DNA from: a virus
Taxonomy: Duplodnaviria; Heunggongvirae; Uroviricota; Caudoviricetes
Direction: 5' to 3' (one strand)
Virus record (IMG/VR): IMGVR_UViG_3300032030_000012
Span: 114,756 to 178,755 of that record
Length of the DNA stretch: 64,000 nt
Below, one piece after another: positions 49,266 to 58,123 of the stretch. The position numbers and the translations under genes are program-made. Under the pieces are notes generated by a model. That model did not search any database, had not been told where the DNA came from, and saw only the letters and a program-made list of their open reading frames with translations. Positions within the stretch are counted from its first letter, which is position 1; each line of letters starts with the position of its first letter.

Positions 49266-49422
49266 AATATCTTTATTCTCCTTTCATAAATATTGTTAAT
49301 TCGCACAAAATCATAGTTTAAATCAATTTTTATAGTTATTTAATATAATTCTGCCTATGAATATAAAAACAGAGTTAATCTTTAAATATTTGAGACAAAC
49401 CAATATCTTTGATTAACTCTGT

Positions 49423-49433
49423 TAATATTTTAC
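49423..49433 (-). promoter_or_regulatory. conserved promoter-like motif TAATATTTTAC
   Basis: Exact copy about 160 nt upstream of the start at 49265. Confidence 0.4.
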
Positions 49434-49455
49434 GTTCAAAAATCTTAAAATCTAT

Positions 49456-49495
49456 AAAAAATAAAAAAGCCCGAGAGAAAATCTAAAAACTCTCG
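49456..49495 (-). terminator. rho-independent terminator
   Basis: Stem cgagag/ctctcg with 12-nt loop and T-run on minus. Confidence 0.55.
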
Positions 49496-49754
49496 AACTT
49501 AAACATAAGGATAAATGAAATGAATGTTTAAAAAATATAAACACGAACTATTTATATAGGCCTATTGAGGATTCTAAAACAACTAATCATAATCCTCTGT
49601 AGAATGGACATTACCTTCATATAACATATCTCCCGTACTCATTCGCTGTTATATATATCTACATGATTTTTAATAAGATTAACTATGAGTATATAAGTTC
49701 TTATCTTATTTTAGTTGATTTAAGTATTATTGTAACCTAATACTTTAAGGCAAA

Positions 49755-49823
49755 GAGTAATTAAGGATTCGAACCTTATCTCCTCCGTCGAGGTATTTTT
49801 ATTCCGATTAAACTATCTTACTC
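49755..49823 (-). other. tRNA-like fragment / degenerate tRNA (perfect T-arm taagg-TTCGAAT-cctta and 6/7-bp acceptor; no clean D or anticodon arm)
   Basis: Seen directly; I could not fold it as a canonical cloverleaf. Confidence 0.3.
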
Positions 49824-49839
49824 ATATATTAATAACATC

Positions 49840-50016
49840 TTATCTTCCGAAAATTATTGTTTTTATAGATTCACTAATACAAAACCCTAAATAAGCTGTA
49901 CCCAATAAAATTAACAAAGGTAAAGATATTATAAAAGACACTAAACTCATTAATAGTATCTCTATAAAATAAAATATATTTACTAATATATCTAATAAAA
50001 ATTTCACATACATCAT
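49840..50016 (-). CDS. small hydrophobic membrane protein (58 aa)
   Basis: Unlisted ORF MMYVKFLLDILVNIFYFIEILLMSLVSFIISLPLLILLG...; RBS agagga. Confidence 0.3.
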   Translation of the reverse strand: MMYVKFLLDILVNIFYFIEILLMSLVSFIISLPLLILLGTAYLGFCISESIKTIIFGR

Positions 50017-50211
50017 TCCTCTATTTTATAATCAAATTCATATACTATAAATCCTTTATCTTGAAGATTATTATAAATCTGCTCTAAGGTTAAGGCTTTA
50101 ATTTCAGGAGATATAGATTTTACTTCTTCTATATCATAAAAACTAAATACATACATACAACTTGCTTTAATAGCTTCTTTAACATAATATTCAGCTCTTT
50201 TATTAGGATTA

Positions 50212-50415
50212 TCATATCCGTAATATAGCTTCTACTTCTACTTGATTATCGTCTTTAGTATTACATATAACATTCATTTTAGTAATTCTATTTATATTTT
50301 CATTTGAAAAATATTTAGCTGGATTATTAAATTGTTTTGCAGTATAAAACCCAATAAAAAAAGCTATAATAAAAATAAGTATTAGTGATAATATTAATAA
50401 TATCTTTTTCTTCAT
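50212..50415 (-). CDS. signal-peptide / lipoprotein-like small protein (may continue by +1 shift into 50013..50231)
   Basis: ORF track; N-terminal KKKILLILSLILIFIIAFF. Confidence 0.45.
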   Translation of the reverse strand: MKKKILLILSLILIFIIAFFIGFYTAKQFNNPAKYFSNENINRITKMNVICNTKDDNQVEVEAILRI

Positions 50416-50435
50416 AATTATCTACTCCTTATTTA

Positions 50436-50834
50436 TTATAACTTCTTTAAAAGTTTATTTGCTTCTCTTAATATAATTCTTCTTTCATTAGTTAATCTAA
50501 CAAATTCAATACATTCTTCTAAATCAGAAAATATTTGATGCTCAAATCTATTTATAAGTTTATCTTTTGATGGAACTTTAATGGCATAATGCCATAAGCC
50601 ATTTTCTGTAGGATGAAAAACTTCATATATTCTGATAATTTCTCCAGTAGCTACAATAGCTTCTAATCCAGATCTTTCTGGTAACATTTTATTATCATAT
50701 GTATATATTTTATCTCCTATATTAAATTTTCTTTTCTTATTTCTATAACAATCTTTACAACAATATTTACTAACCCAATTTGACCAAGTATCTTCATATT
50801 GTTGTTTACAATATCTACATGTTCTTAATGACAT
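50436..50834 (-). CDS. hypothetical protein with N-terminal zinc ribbon
   Basis: CRYC...CCKDC. Confidence 0.5.
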   Translation of the reverse strand: MSLRTCRYCKQQYEDTWSNWVSKYCCKDCYRNKKRKFNIGDKIYTYDNKMLPERSGLEAIVATGEIIRIYEVFHPTENGLWHYAIKVPSKDKLINRFEHQIFSDLEECIEFVRLTNERRIILREANKLLKKL

Positions 50835-51041
50835 TTAATAACCTCGTTCCATATTATAACTAATATTAAAATTATTATTACCTTTTTTCTTTATATTTAA
50901 TAACAATTCTAAGTCTTTATATAACTGAGCAGCTTCTTCATCATTTATATGAAAATGTGAAAATCTACAATCATTATTACCTTTTAAATTTAGAAATATA
51001 ACTCCTTCATCTATAGTAGTACCCATTTCATATTTTATCAT
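50835..51041 (-). CDS. hypothetical protein
   Basis: ORF track. Confidence 0.4.
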   Translation of the reverse strand: MIKYEMGTTIDEGVIFLNLKGNNDCRFSHFHINDEEAAQLYKDLELLLNIKKKGNNNFNISYNMERGY

Positions 51042-51043
51042 AT

Positions 51044-51787
51044 TTAATTTCCTTTCTGTTTATTATTAAATTTAATTACATCTTTTATTAGTTCTATATT
51101 ATATTGATTTGCTATTGCAGGTACATCTTTATTTAAACAATGACTATCCCAGAAAGGAGTATCTTCATATACAAAAGTATGTGAAGGATTTACTCTAGGA
51201 TCTAAAACAAATAATTCTCTTACTTCAGAATAATTAATATCTTCTTCCTTACATATATTATAGAAAGCTTGACAGAAACTTACTTTTGTAGCTAAAAAAG
51301 AATTCTCCATGAATTTTACAGTTTCAGCTACTTTAGATTCTACGGATCTAAATATATGTCTTCCATCATAACAAGGTAATAATATTTGAATTATATCATT
51401 ACAATCTTTTTTATTACCTCCTAAAATTGTAAAATCAAAATAATAATTATTACAATGTTTAGTTCCTCCATAATATTCTGGACTAAAAACAATTCTTTTA
51501 TTTGTTTCTTTAATCAATTTATCAACAGTACCTACAGGACAAGTTGATTTAATACAATAAATTTCACAGTTATAATCATTTATACAATTTTTAACTTCTG
51601 TTATATCTAATACATTATCTTTTAATGGAGTATCAACACATATAAATCCTAAATCATATCTAATATCTTTTATAGTATTTACTTCTGGTTTATATTTATC
51701 TACAATATCAGGATTTAAATCTTTTAATTCATTTGCTAAATTATGACCAACTACTCCATATCCAATTATTAATACATTTTTCACCAA
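51044..51787 (-). CDS. UDP-glucose/GDP-mannose dehydrogenase-family protein, truncated (NAD-binding plus central domain, no C-terminal UDP-binding domain)
   Basis: IGYGVVGHN Rossmann motif, FICVDTP, ENSFLATKVSFCQAFYNICK; TTG start. Confidence 0.6.
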   Translation of the reverse strand: MVKNVLIIGYGVVGHNLANELKDLNPDIVDKYKPEVNTIKDIRYDLGFICVDTPLKDNVLDITEVKNCINDYNCEIYCIKSTCPVGTVDKLIKETNKRIVFSPEYYGGTKHCNNYYFDFTILGGNKKDCNDIIQILLPCYDGRHIFRSVESKVAETVKFMENSFLATKVSFCQAFYNICKEEDINYSEVRELFVLDPRVNPSHTFVYEDTPFWDSHCLNKDVPAIANQYNIELIKDVIKFNNKQKGN

Positions 51788-51821
51788 TAATATCTACCTC
51801 TTTCGTTAAAGTATTATGTAT

Positions 51822-51832
51822 TAATATTTTAC
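51822..51832 (-). promoter_or_regulatory. conserved promoter-like motif TAATATTTTAC
   Basis: Exact copy 35 nt upstream of the TTG start at 51787. Confidence 0.45.
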
Positions 51833-51839
51833 TTATTTT

Positions 51840-52214
51840 TTAACATTGCTTAATTATAGTATTGGTATATCTTCTTAATAATTCAGTCATATTTTTTCTA
51901 CCTACAGGATTAGATGTATGAATTCTAAATTCATTACAAGATATATTATTTTCTATAATATATTTACAAATATCATATCCAGTCTTTTCTTCCCCTAAAT
52001 CATGATCTAAACATATTATATCATATTTAAATCTATGTAATTCATGAATAGCTTCATTATAAGATCTAGCTATAAATGTATGATATTCTCCTATATAATT
52101 ATTAGGAATTCCTCTTAAATCATCTATCCATAATAAATATTTTTTAGGTTCTTTCTTTTTAGCTATATGATCTTCATACCATTTCATAGCAAAATAATTA
52201 TCAAAATTACTCAT
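51840..52214 (-). CDS. stand-alone receiver (REC/CheY-like) fold protein, hypothetical
   Basis: LLWIDD...ICLDHDLG...IHTSNP spacing resembles the receiver-domain acidic pocket. Confidence 0.3.
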   Translation of the reverse strand: MSNFDNYFAMKWYEDHIAKKKEPKKYLLWIDDLRGIPNNYIGEYHTFIARSYNEAIHELHRFKYDIICLDHDLGEEKTGYDICKYIIENNISCNEFRIHTSNPVGRKNMTELLRRYTNTIIKQC

Positions 52215-52776
52215 CTTGAATTATATCTCCTTTTTCACGGTCTCCAAATTTCCATTCAGCATTTACATATCCGTTTTCTATTTTTACATCTATACCTATT
52301 ATATTAAATAATATAGCACTATCTGATTCTAAAAATTCTTTTATTTGTTTATATACTTTATTCTGTTTTTGCATCAATAAACAATCTTGAACTTGCATAT
52401 CATCAGCTACTTCCATTATAGTTTTACCATATTCTATAGCTTCTTTTTTATTTGAAAAAATATAATCTTCTTTTACATCACAGAATTTATAAGGTTCATC
52501 TAATTTATTATATGAAATTCTATATGTTTTTACTCTTCTAGAACTATATGTAAAAATTCGTCCTTGTAATACTTCTAACTTATCTAAAGATCTATTATAA
52601 TGTAAAAACCATATAGCATCTCGGATTTTATATTTGGTTTTAGACTCACATTCATTACATAACCAACCTGCTACATAATTGCTCATATCAGAATATTCAT
52701 CTTCTTCTCTACCACAATAAACACATTTCTTATCAAAATAACCATAACATTTACCTAATTTTAATGGATTACTCAT
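52207..52776 (-). CDS. hypothetical protein with zinc ribbon (CVYCG...CNEC)
   Basis: ORF track. Confidence 0.5.
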   Translation of the reverse strand: MSNPLKLGKCYGYFDKKCVYCGREEDEYSDMSNYVAGWLCNECESKTKYKIRDAIWFLHYNRSLDKLEVLQGRIFTYSSRRVKTYRISYNKLDEPYKFCDVKEDYIFSNKKEAIEYGKTIMEVADDMQVQDCLLMQKQNKVYKQIKEFLESDSAILFNIIGIDVKIENGYVNAEWKFGDREKGDIIQDE

Positions 52777-52785
52777 TTTTATTAC

Positions 52786-53085
52786 CTATCCTATTCCAAA
52801 TCCTACTTGATTTCTATATTGTTCAGGTCTTCCTTCCATTCTAATATATTCTTCATTTAAGTCATCCCATTTATACCAAACAGGATCTTGATCATATTGA
52901 TATAGTCCTTCTTCAACATTTTCTATAACAGCATAGTCATAACAAGTTTCCCAAATATCACAAGCATTATCTAATACAGCTTCTTCTGCTTTTTCAAATG
53001 TTGAATAATATCCCACACATCTCATATCTCCATCTTTAGAATCAACTGTTGTAATAAAATACATATTACTTACCTCCATACCCAC
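52786..53085 (-). CDS. hypothetical protein
   Basis: ORF track. Confidence 0.5.
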   Translation of the reverse strand: MGMEVSNMYFITTVDSKDGDMRCVGYYSTFEKAEEAVLDNACDIWETCYDYAVIENVEEGLYQYDQDPVWYKWDDLNEEYIRMEGRPEQYRNQVGFGIG

Positions 53086-53464
53086 ATAAATCTAAAAATC
53101 CAATAAGATCTAAATCTTTATATTCTTTTTTCTCTTTCCAAAACCATTGCATAAAATCATCATGATTTATTAATTTTTCAGAATCACATAAACCTTTAAA
53201 ACATAAACAAACATATGTATTAAGATGCTGAAAAATTCTACCTATGTAGTCAGGTATATTAGATTCAGATAAAAAAGATGACATATTCTTTTCAAATAAT
53301 AAAGTATCTTTTCTGATATCTTCTATTATGTCAATAATTGCTAATCCTTCTTCTATAAAATCATCTCTTGTTAACATATCTATATCTACCCCCCCGTATA
53401 AATAAAATGTAAGAGGTTTTAATTTTATTTTCAACGCAGGTTCCTCTACTTCATACTGACGCAT
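53066..53464 (-). CDS. hypothetical protein
   Basis: ORF track. Confidence 0.5.
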   Translation of the reverse strand: MRQYEVEEPALKIKLKPLTFYLYGGVDIDMLTRDDFIEEGLAIIDIIEDIRKDTLLFEKNMSSFLSESNIPDYIGRIFQHLNTYVCLCFKGLCDSEKLINHDDFMQWFWKEKKEYKDLDLIGFLDLCGYGGK

Positions 53465-53485
53465 ATCTGGGAGCTACCCAGCCTC

Positions 53486-53559
53486 TGGCTCCTCAGATAA
53501 GATTCGAACTTATAATAAACGGTTAACAGCCGCACGTGATACCCTTTCACCACTGAGGA
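53486..53559 (-). tRNA. tRNA-Asn (GTT)
   Basis: Manual cloverleaf: acceptor tcctcag/ctgagga, D gtga/tcac, anticodon loop cTGTTaa, T-arm ataag-ttcgaat-cttat, encoded CCA. Confidence 0.8.
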
Positions 53560-53562
53560 ATA

Positions 53563-53994
53563 TTAAATATTTATAATAGCTTCAAATGAATTTATTTCAT
53601 AATAAATAACTCTTTTAGATTGATTATTTTTAGTAGGCGTATATCTAATTACTACTTCATTTTTATTATAATCATTATTTTTATATAAAAATAATTTATC
53701 TTCAGTTATATTATAAAAAGCATAATAATCAATTTCATCTTTATAAAAGAGTTTTTTATATCCTTTACCGTTATTATTTTTAGTATTAGAAAAAGAATAT
53801 AAAGGAAAACTACAAGTACCATTCTTTTTTAAAGAAGCAGATTTTACTTGAATTTTATTAAGCTTATTATTAAATTCAGCTATTATATCAGCTCTCTCAT
53901 TATCTCCAAAAGGAATATAAACAGGAACATTTAAAGATATAAATTTACATAAAGTTTTTATTTCTCCTAAATTTCCTTTATTTTTAGAATTCAT
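53563..53994 (-). CDS. possible PD-(D/E)xK-type nuclease (homing-endonuclease-like position inside tRNA island)
   Basis: GNLGE ... GDNERADIIAE ... IQVKS spacing; weak. Confidence 0.3.
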   Translation of the reverse strand: MNSKNKGNLGEIKTLCKFISLNVPVYIPFGDNERADIIAEFNNKLNKIQVKSASLKKNGTCSFPLYSFSNTKNNNGKGYKKLFYKDEIDYYAFYNITEDKLFLYKNNDYNKNEVVIRYTPTKNNQSKRVIYYEINSFEAIINI

Positions 53995-54149
53995 TTAATC
54001 TCCCTTTCAAAAATATTGAATGAGTATATTTTAGTAGCAAGTTTTTTACTTCTACACGGCACCTAATACTCTCTTATGCTCAGTCCATATTATTCTTCTT
54101 ATCCCTTATGAACTAGGGATATGTAAGCTTACAAGTCCTTTATAGGACT

Positions 54150-54223
54150 TGGCTCGGGAAACTAGACTCGAACTAATAATACAGGAGTCAAAGTCCTGTG
54201 TGATACCATTTCACCATTCCCGA
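54150..54223 (-). tRNA. tRNA-Gln (TTG)
   Basis: Acceptor tcgggaa/ttcccga, D gtga/tcac, anticodon stem cagga/tcctg, loop cTTTGac, CCA encoded. Confidence 0.8.
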
Positions 54224-54331
54224 ATATAAGTATGAGTAGGCATTGACTCGTACATGCGTCCACATACTATCGCACTTAATAGGTTGTTTACCGACCTACT
54301 CATATAAAACAGAGATGCTATAGTCATCTCT

Positions 54332-54405
54332 TGGAGGTACAGATTGGAATCGAACCAATGATCGAGCTTTTGCAGAGCTTTGTCTTGCCACTTGACTACT
54401 GTACC
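54332..54405 (-). tRNA. tRNA-Cys (GCA)
   Basis: Acceptor ggtacag/ctgtacc, anticodon loop cTGCAaa, T-arm attgg-ttcgatt-ccaat, CCA encoded. Confidence 0.8.
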
Positions 54406-54438
54406 ATATATCAGAGAGTATCTCTACTCTCTATTTGA

Positions 54439-55926
54439 CTATAATTCTTTTGGTTTTGTTAAATCTTCTTTTTTATCTTCAACAGATTTTGCTCCTAGTT
54501 TACCTACAGCATATCCTGCTACTATTGATTTTAAATCTACTCCTAAACTATCTTGAGCTACTTTTAATATCTTATCTATTTTTTGAGTTCCACTTTCTAT
54601 TAATTGAGTTGATTGATCTCCATACATTGTAATTGAATCTACATTTGATAATGGAGTAGATACTTCTTTAGCTATATCGGGAAGTTTATTTATAATCATT
54701 TCTACTACTGAAGCTTGTTGCATTTTAGCTTGTGCTTCTGCTTTCTTTTCGATACCTTTTGCTTCTGCAATACCTTTTGCTTCAATACCAGCTGCTTCAG
54801 CTTCTAATTTTGCTTTTATACCATCAGCCTCTGCTACTGCTTTAGCTCTTATAGCTTGAGCTTCTAATTCTGCTGCTTCTTTATTAGCTTTTGCTATTTC
54901 TATTTTAGCTTGAGCTTCTTGTTTTGCTTTTTCTAGATCAGCTTGAGCATTTTGTATTGTAACTTGTTTTTGAGCTTCTGCATTAATTTCTGCTTTATAT
55001 TTATCTGCATCAGCTTGTTTTCTAACTTCTGCATCTAATTGTTTTTCTCTTAAAGCTACTTCTTTTTCTTTTAATTCAGTTTCTTTTTCTGTTTTAGCTA
55101 TTTCAGCAAGAACTGTGTTTTCATTTATAAGCTTTTGTCTTTCAGCTTTTTGTATTTCATAAATAGTATCAGCTTCTGCTTTTTTCTTATCTTGTTCAAT
55201 TTGATATTCATATTGTTTTAAAGCTAACTCTTTATTTTGTTTTGCTATTTCAGCTTCTGATGCTGCTTTAGCTTCATTACCTTCTCTAGCTGCAGCTGCT
55301 TGTGCTACTTGAACATCTCTTTCAGCTTGGGCTTTTGCTATTTTAGCATCTTTTTGAATCTTTGATAAATTATCAATACCTAAATCATTAATAGCATTAT
55401 TCTCATCTGTACAAGATTGTACATTTAAGTTTACTATTTCTAATCCTATTGCTTTAATATCGTCTTTAGCATTTTCTTGAATTTTAGTTGAAAATAATTG
55501 TTTGTTATTAACTAAATCTTTAAGATTCATTTGACCAATTATTTCTCTCATGTTTCCTTCAAGAACTTGTTGAACATTTCTTGCAATATACTCAGGATTT
55601 TGATTTAGGAAATGTCTTGCAGCTACCTGTATTAATTCAGGGTTGTTAGGTATTCTAACATTTGCTACAGCATCTACATCTACATTAATAAAATCAGATG
55701 TAGGAACTCTTGATGTCTTAACATCAATTTGAATTAACTCTAAAGTTAATTTATCCACTCTCTCAAAGAATGGGATTCTTAATGTTGCTTTACCTATTAT
55801 TACTCTAGGTTCTTTTTTAAGACCTGATATTAAATATACCATATCTGGTGGACATTTAACATAGCTCATGAAAATTAAACCTATCAGCAATATTACAGCA
55901 ACAGCGATAATGATTGCTAATACCAT
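54439..55926 (-). CDS. SPFH/band-7 flotillin-like membrane protein
   Basis: N-terminal TM, SPFH core, long Ala/Glu/Lys-rich coiled coil (flotillin/YqiK architecture). Confidence 0.8.
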   Translation of the reverse strand: MVLAIIIAVAVILLIGLIFMSYVKCPPDMVYLISGLKKEPRVIIGKATLRIPFFERVDKLTLELIQIDVKTSRVPTSDFINVDVDAVANVRIPNNPELIQVAARHFLNQNPEYIARNVQQVLEGNMREIIGQMNLKDLVNNKQLFSTKIQENAKDDIKAIGLEIVNLNVQSCTDENNAINDLGIDNLSKIQKDAKIAKAQAERDVQVAQAAAAREGNEAKAASEAEIAKQNKELALKQYEYQIEQDKKKAEADTIYEIQKAERQKLINENTVLAEIAKTEKETELKEKEVALREKQLDAEVRKQADADKYKAEINAEAQKQVTIQNAQADLEKAKQEAQAKIEIAKANKEAAELEAQAIRAKAVAEADGIKAKLEAEAAGIEAKGIAEAKGIEKKAEAQAKMQQASVVEMIINKLPDIAKEVSTPLSNVDSITMYGDQSTQLIESGTQKIDKILKVAQDSLGVDLKSIVAGYAVGKLGAKSVEDKKEDLTKPKEL

Positions 55927-56102
55927 TTATCTCTACCTCCAAATAAATAATATTTGTCTGTCTCTCCAGACTGTCACGTTGCTTCTTAATGTACTTCTTG
56001 CTCAACACAACGTTTGAACGAGACAAAGTTGCCGTGTACACCTGACCTGTAGAAATATCTGAGTTTCACTACAGAGAGGACTCAAACGCTCATACCTCAT
56101 AC

Positions 56103-56176
56103 TGGCAGGAGTGGTAAGAATTGAACTCACATTAACGGTTTTGGAGACCGTAGTCCTACCATTGAACGACACTCCT
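56103..56176 (-). tRNA. tRNA-Trp (CCA)
   Basis: Acceptor aggagtg/cactcct, anticodon stem acggt/accgt, loop cTCCAaa, T-arm gtgag-ttcaatt-ctcac, CCA encoded. Confidence 0.8.
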
Positions 56177-56244
56177 ATTTAATTTCGTCAAAACACAAGA
56201 TAGTTTCAAATGTAATGACGAAATATTAAGACTATTTTTCTTCC

Positions 56245-56331
56245 TTTAGGAAGATGGTGGAGAAAGAGGGTATCGAACCCACTCGGGCCAAATGACACGT
56301 GATTTACAGTCACGCCCCGCTCCTTACGGGA
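56245..56331 (-). tRNA. tRNA-Tyr (GTA), class II with long variable arm
   Basis: Acceptor ggagaag/tttctcc, anticodon stem cgtga/tcacg, loop cTGTAaa, T-loop ttcgata, CCA encoded. Confidence 0.7.
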
Positions 56332-56337
56332 CTACTT

Positions 56338-56424
56338 CTCCATATACTGGCGCCTTGGTGAAGTGTCGATCTCCATACATTTCTGTACCACTTGTTTTCA
56401 AGACAAGGTTTGGGGCCGCCCAAA
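56338..56424 (-). tRNA. tRNA-Ser (TGA)-like class II tRNA with unusual potential 6-bp D-stem/4-nt loop
   Basis: Acceptor gccttgg/ccaaggc, anticodon stem cttgt/acaag, loop cTTGAaa, 5-bp variable arm, CCA encoded; its 5' end coincides with the predicted start site of the promoter at 56431..56440. Confidence 0.55.
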
Positions 56425-56430
56425 GTACCA

Positions 56431-56440
56431 AGGCATATAT
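56431..56440 (-). promoter_or_regulatory. extended -10 (TTGTTATAAT) promoter of the tRNA operon
   Basis: Seen directly; predicted start about 56424. Confidence 0.5.
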
Positions 56441-56451
56441 ATTATAACAAA

Positions 56452-57027
56452 TTAATTATCTTCTTTTAATAGATCAGTTCCTTGTATTTCTTTTCCATTT
56501 TCATCATATACTGTAAAGTAGTTAAGTAGATCTAATCTATTCATCAATTTTAAAAACATTATTAGTTTTTTAGAATCTACTCCTCCTTTTGGATCTAAAC
56601 AACTATTAAAAGCATATAACAAAATGATATTATAATCATTATAAATTAAATCATCAAAAGTACCACATTTTCTATCTTTATGTAATGTAGAATTCCAAGA
56701 AGTTCTTTTTTCATACATATCTCTTCTCTTTTTCCAATCTTTATGATTACACATAAAGTCTTTACATACAAAAGGTCTAACAGGATATATATTACATTTT
56801 TTATTTTTACTATCATAGAAACAACATTGAGCTATAAGTTGATTTTCATTAATAATTCTATTAGTAGGTTTAATATTATTTACTTTCACATAATCTTTTA
56901 TTAATCTTAATTCTTCATCAGTGAATGGAATAAATAATCCACAACAAGATCCACATCTACTACATTCACCATTACATGTCATATCATTTATTACTCCAGG
57001 TTTTGCTTCATTTTTATTAATTAACAT
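56452..57027 (-). CDS. YkgJ-family (CxxCxxCC) putative Fe-S/zinc-binding protein
   Basis: CNGECSRCGSCCG motif. Confidence 0.55.
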   Translation of the reverse strand: MLINKNEAKPGVINDMTCNGECSRCGSCCGLFIPFTDEELRLIKDYVKVNNIKPTNRIINENQLIAQCCFYDSKNKKCNIYPVRPFVCKDFMCNHKDWKKRRDMYEKRTSWNSTLHKDRKCGTFDDLIYNDYNIILLYAFNSCLDPKGGVDSKKLIMFLKLMNRLDLLNYFTVYDENGKEIQGTDLLKEDN

Positions 57028-57209
57028 TTTATTACTCCTTATATCTACCAGTTTCTACATCTATATATAATTGTCTTAATTCTTCATTATCCATATCATC
57101 TGAATGAGGTATATTATGATCTCTTAACCAACATTCTAATGTTCTTCTTTCATTTTCATATCCAGGTAAAGACCATAATTCAGCATTTTCACTCATAAAG
57201 TCAACTCCT

Positions 57210-57557
57210 TTAAATTTTAGTTATTATAGGACAATATCTAGTTTGATAATTAATTTTATACATATTATTAATATAAATAGCTTTAAGATTACCTGTCCTA
57301 GTATAATCTTCTTTTAATTCATTTATTTCTATATTTAAAATAGTTTTATCTAACTCATCTCTATAAGTAAGATAAGGATTATAAGTACCTTCATTTACTT
57401 TTTTAATAGCTCTATCATATTCTTTTTGAAACTTATCTATAATAAGTTGAGGTGCTTGTAATTCTTTTAATTTAACTATTCCATTTTCTTTTTCTTTTAA
57501 TTTTTCTTTATGTTGATTTATCAATAAATCTTTTATAGTCATAATAAATACCTCCAT
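57210..57557 (-). CDS. hypothetical protein
   Basis: ORF track. Confidence 0.5.
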   Translation of the reverse strand: MEVFIMTIKDLLINQHKEKLKEKENGIVKLKELQAPQLIIDKFQKEYDRAIKKVNEGTYNPYLTYRDELDKTILNIEINELKEDYTRTGNLKAIYINNMYKINYQTRYCPIITKI

Positions 57558-57608
57558 ATCTATTATAACATATTTTTTAAAAATAGTAACGTGATTTATA
57601 TAAATTTA

Positions 57609-58076
57609 TTAATCTTCTTCAGCTGAAAAATATATATCTTGTTTATCCATTTCTTCTTTTTCATATTTTCTTAATTTAGTTATTATATCATCATATATAT
57701 CTACCATTACATTAGAATCTATTTCTTGATTCATAGTAGTATCTCTACCTAAATATTTATACCAAGATATTTCTAAATCCTTCATATTAGCTTTAGATTT
57801 ATCTACATAATATTTAAAATTATATTTTTGACATTCATCATCATTCCAATTATAAGCTTCTACCTCAAATACATTATCTAACTTAAATTTATTTCCAGTA
57901 TTACTAAAAGGACTGTCCCATTCTTTATGAGTTATATTATGCATAATCCTATTTAATTCATTATCAATACTATCAAGTAATGCTATAATATATTCAGGAC
58001 ATTTGTATCTTTGTATAGCATTTGGATTAAACATCATATTTCCTAGTTCTAGATTTTCTATATTTGATTCTTCCAT
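57609..58076 (-). CDS. hypothetical protein
   Basis: ORF track. Confidence 0.5.
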   Translation of the reverse strand: MEESNIENLELGNMMFNPNAIQRYKCPEYIIALLDSIDNELNRIMHNITHKEWDSPFSNTGNKFKLDNVFEVEAYNWNDDECQKYNFKYYVDKSKANMKDLEISWYKYLGRDTTMNQEIDSNVMVDIYDDIITKLRKYEKEEMDKQDIYFSAEED

Positions 58077-58123
58077 TTATATCTACCTCTTTTTCTGTTT
58101 AGAGAGATGAAAATATCATCTCT

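Noticed and set aside
49755-49823. Calling this a functional tRNA gene
   Set aside because: Only the T-arm and acceptor pair; no 4-bp D-stem with 2-nt spacer, and no anticodon stem with U33.
54435-56041. ORFs 54435..54632 (+), 55856..56041 (-), 59145..59369 (+)
   Set aside because: Shadow of the flotillin gene; the 61-aa ORF overlaps the flotillin start and RBS region; the last is antisense to 59039..59764.
56041-56102. Additional tRNA between tRNA-Trp and the flotillin gene
   Set aside because: Only hairpins (ctgtag/ctacag; caac/gttg); no T-loop or acceptor pairing. Likely processing or terminator structures.
56340-56430. Reading the plus strand here as an opal-suppressor tRNA (anticodon TCA)
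   Set aside because: The plus-strand fold lacks acceptor pairing. The minus strand gives a coherent class-II tRNA with anticodon TGA (Ser), an encoded CCA, and a matching promoter.
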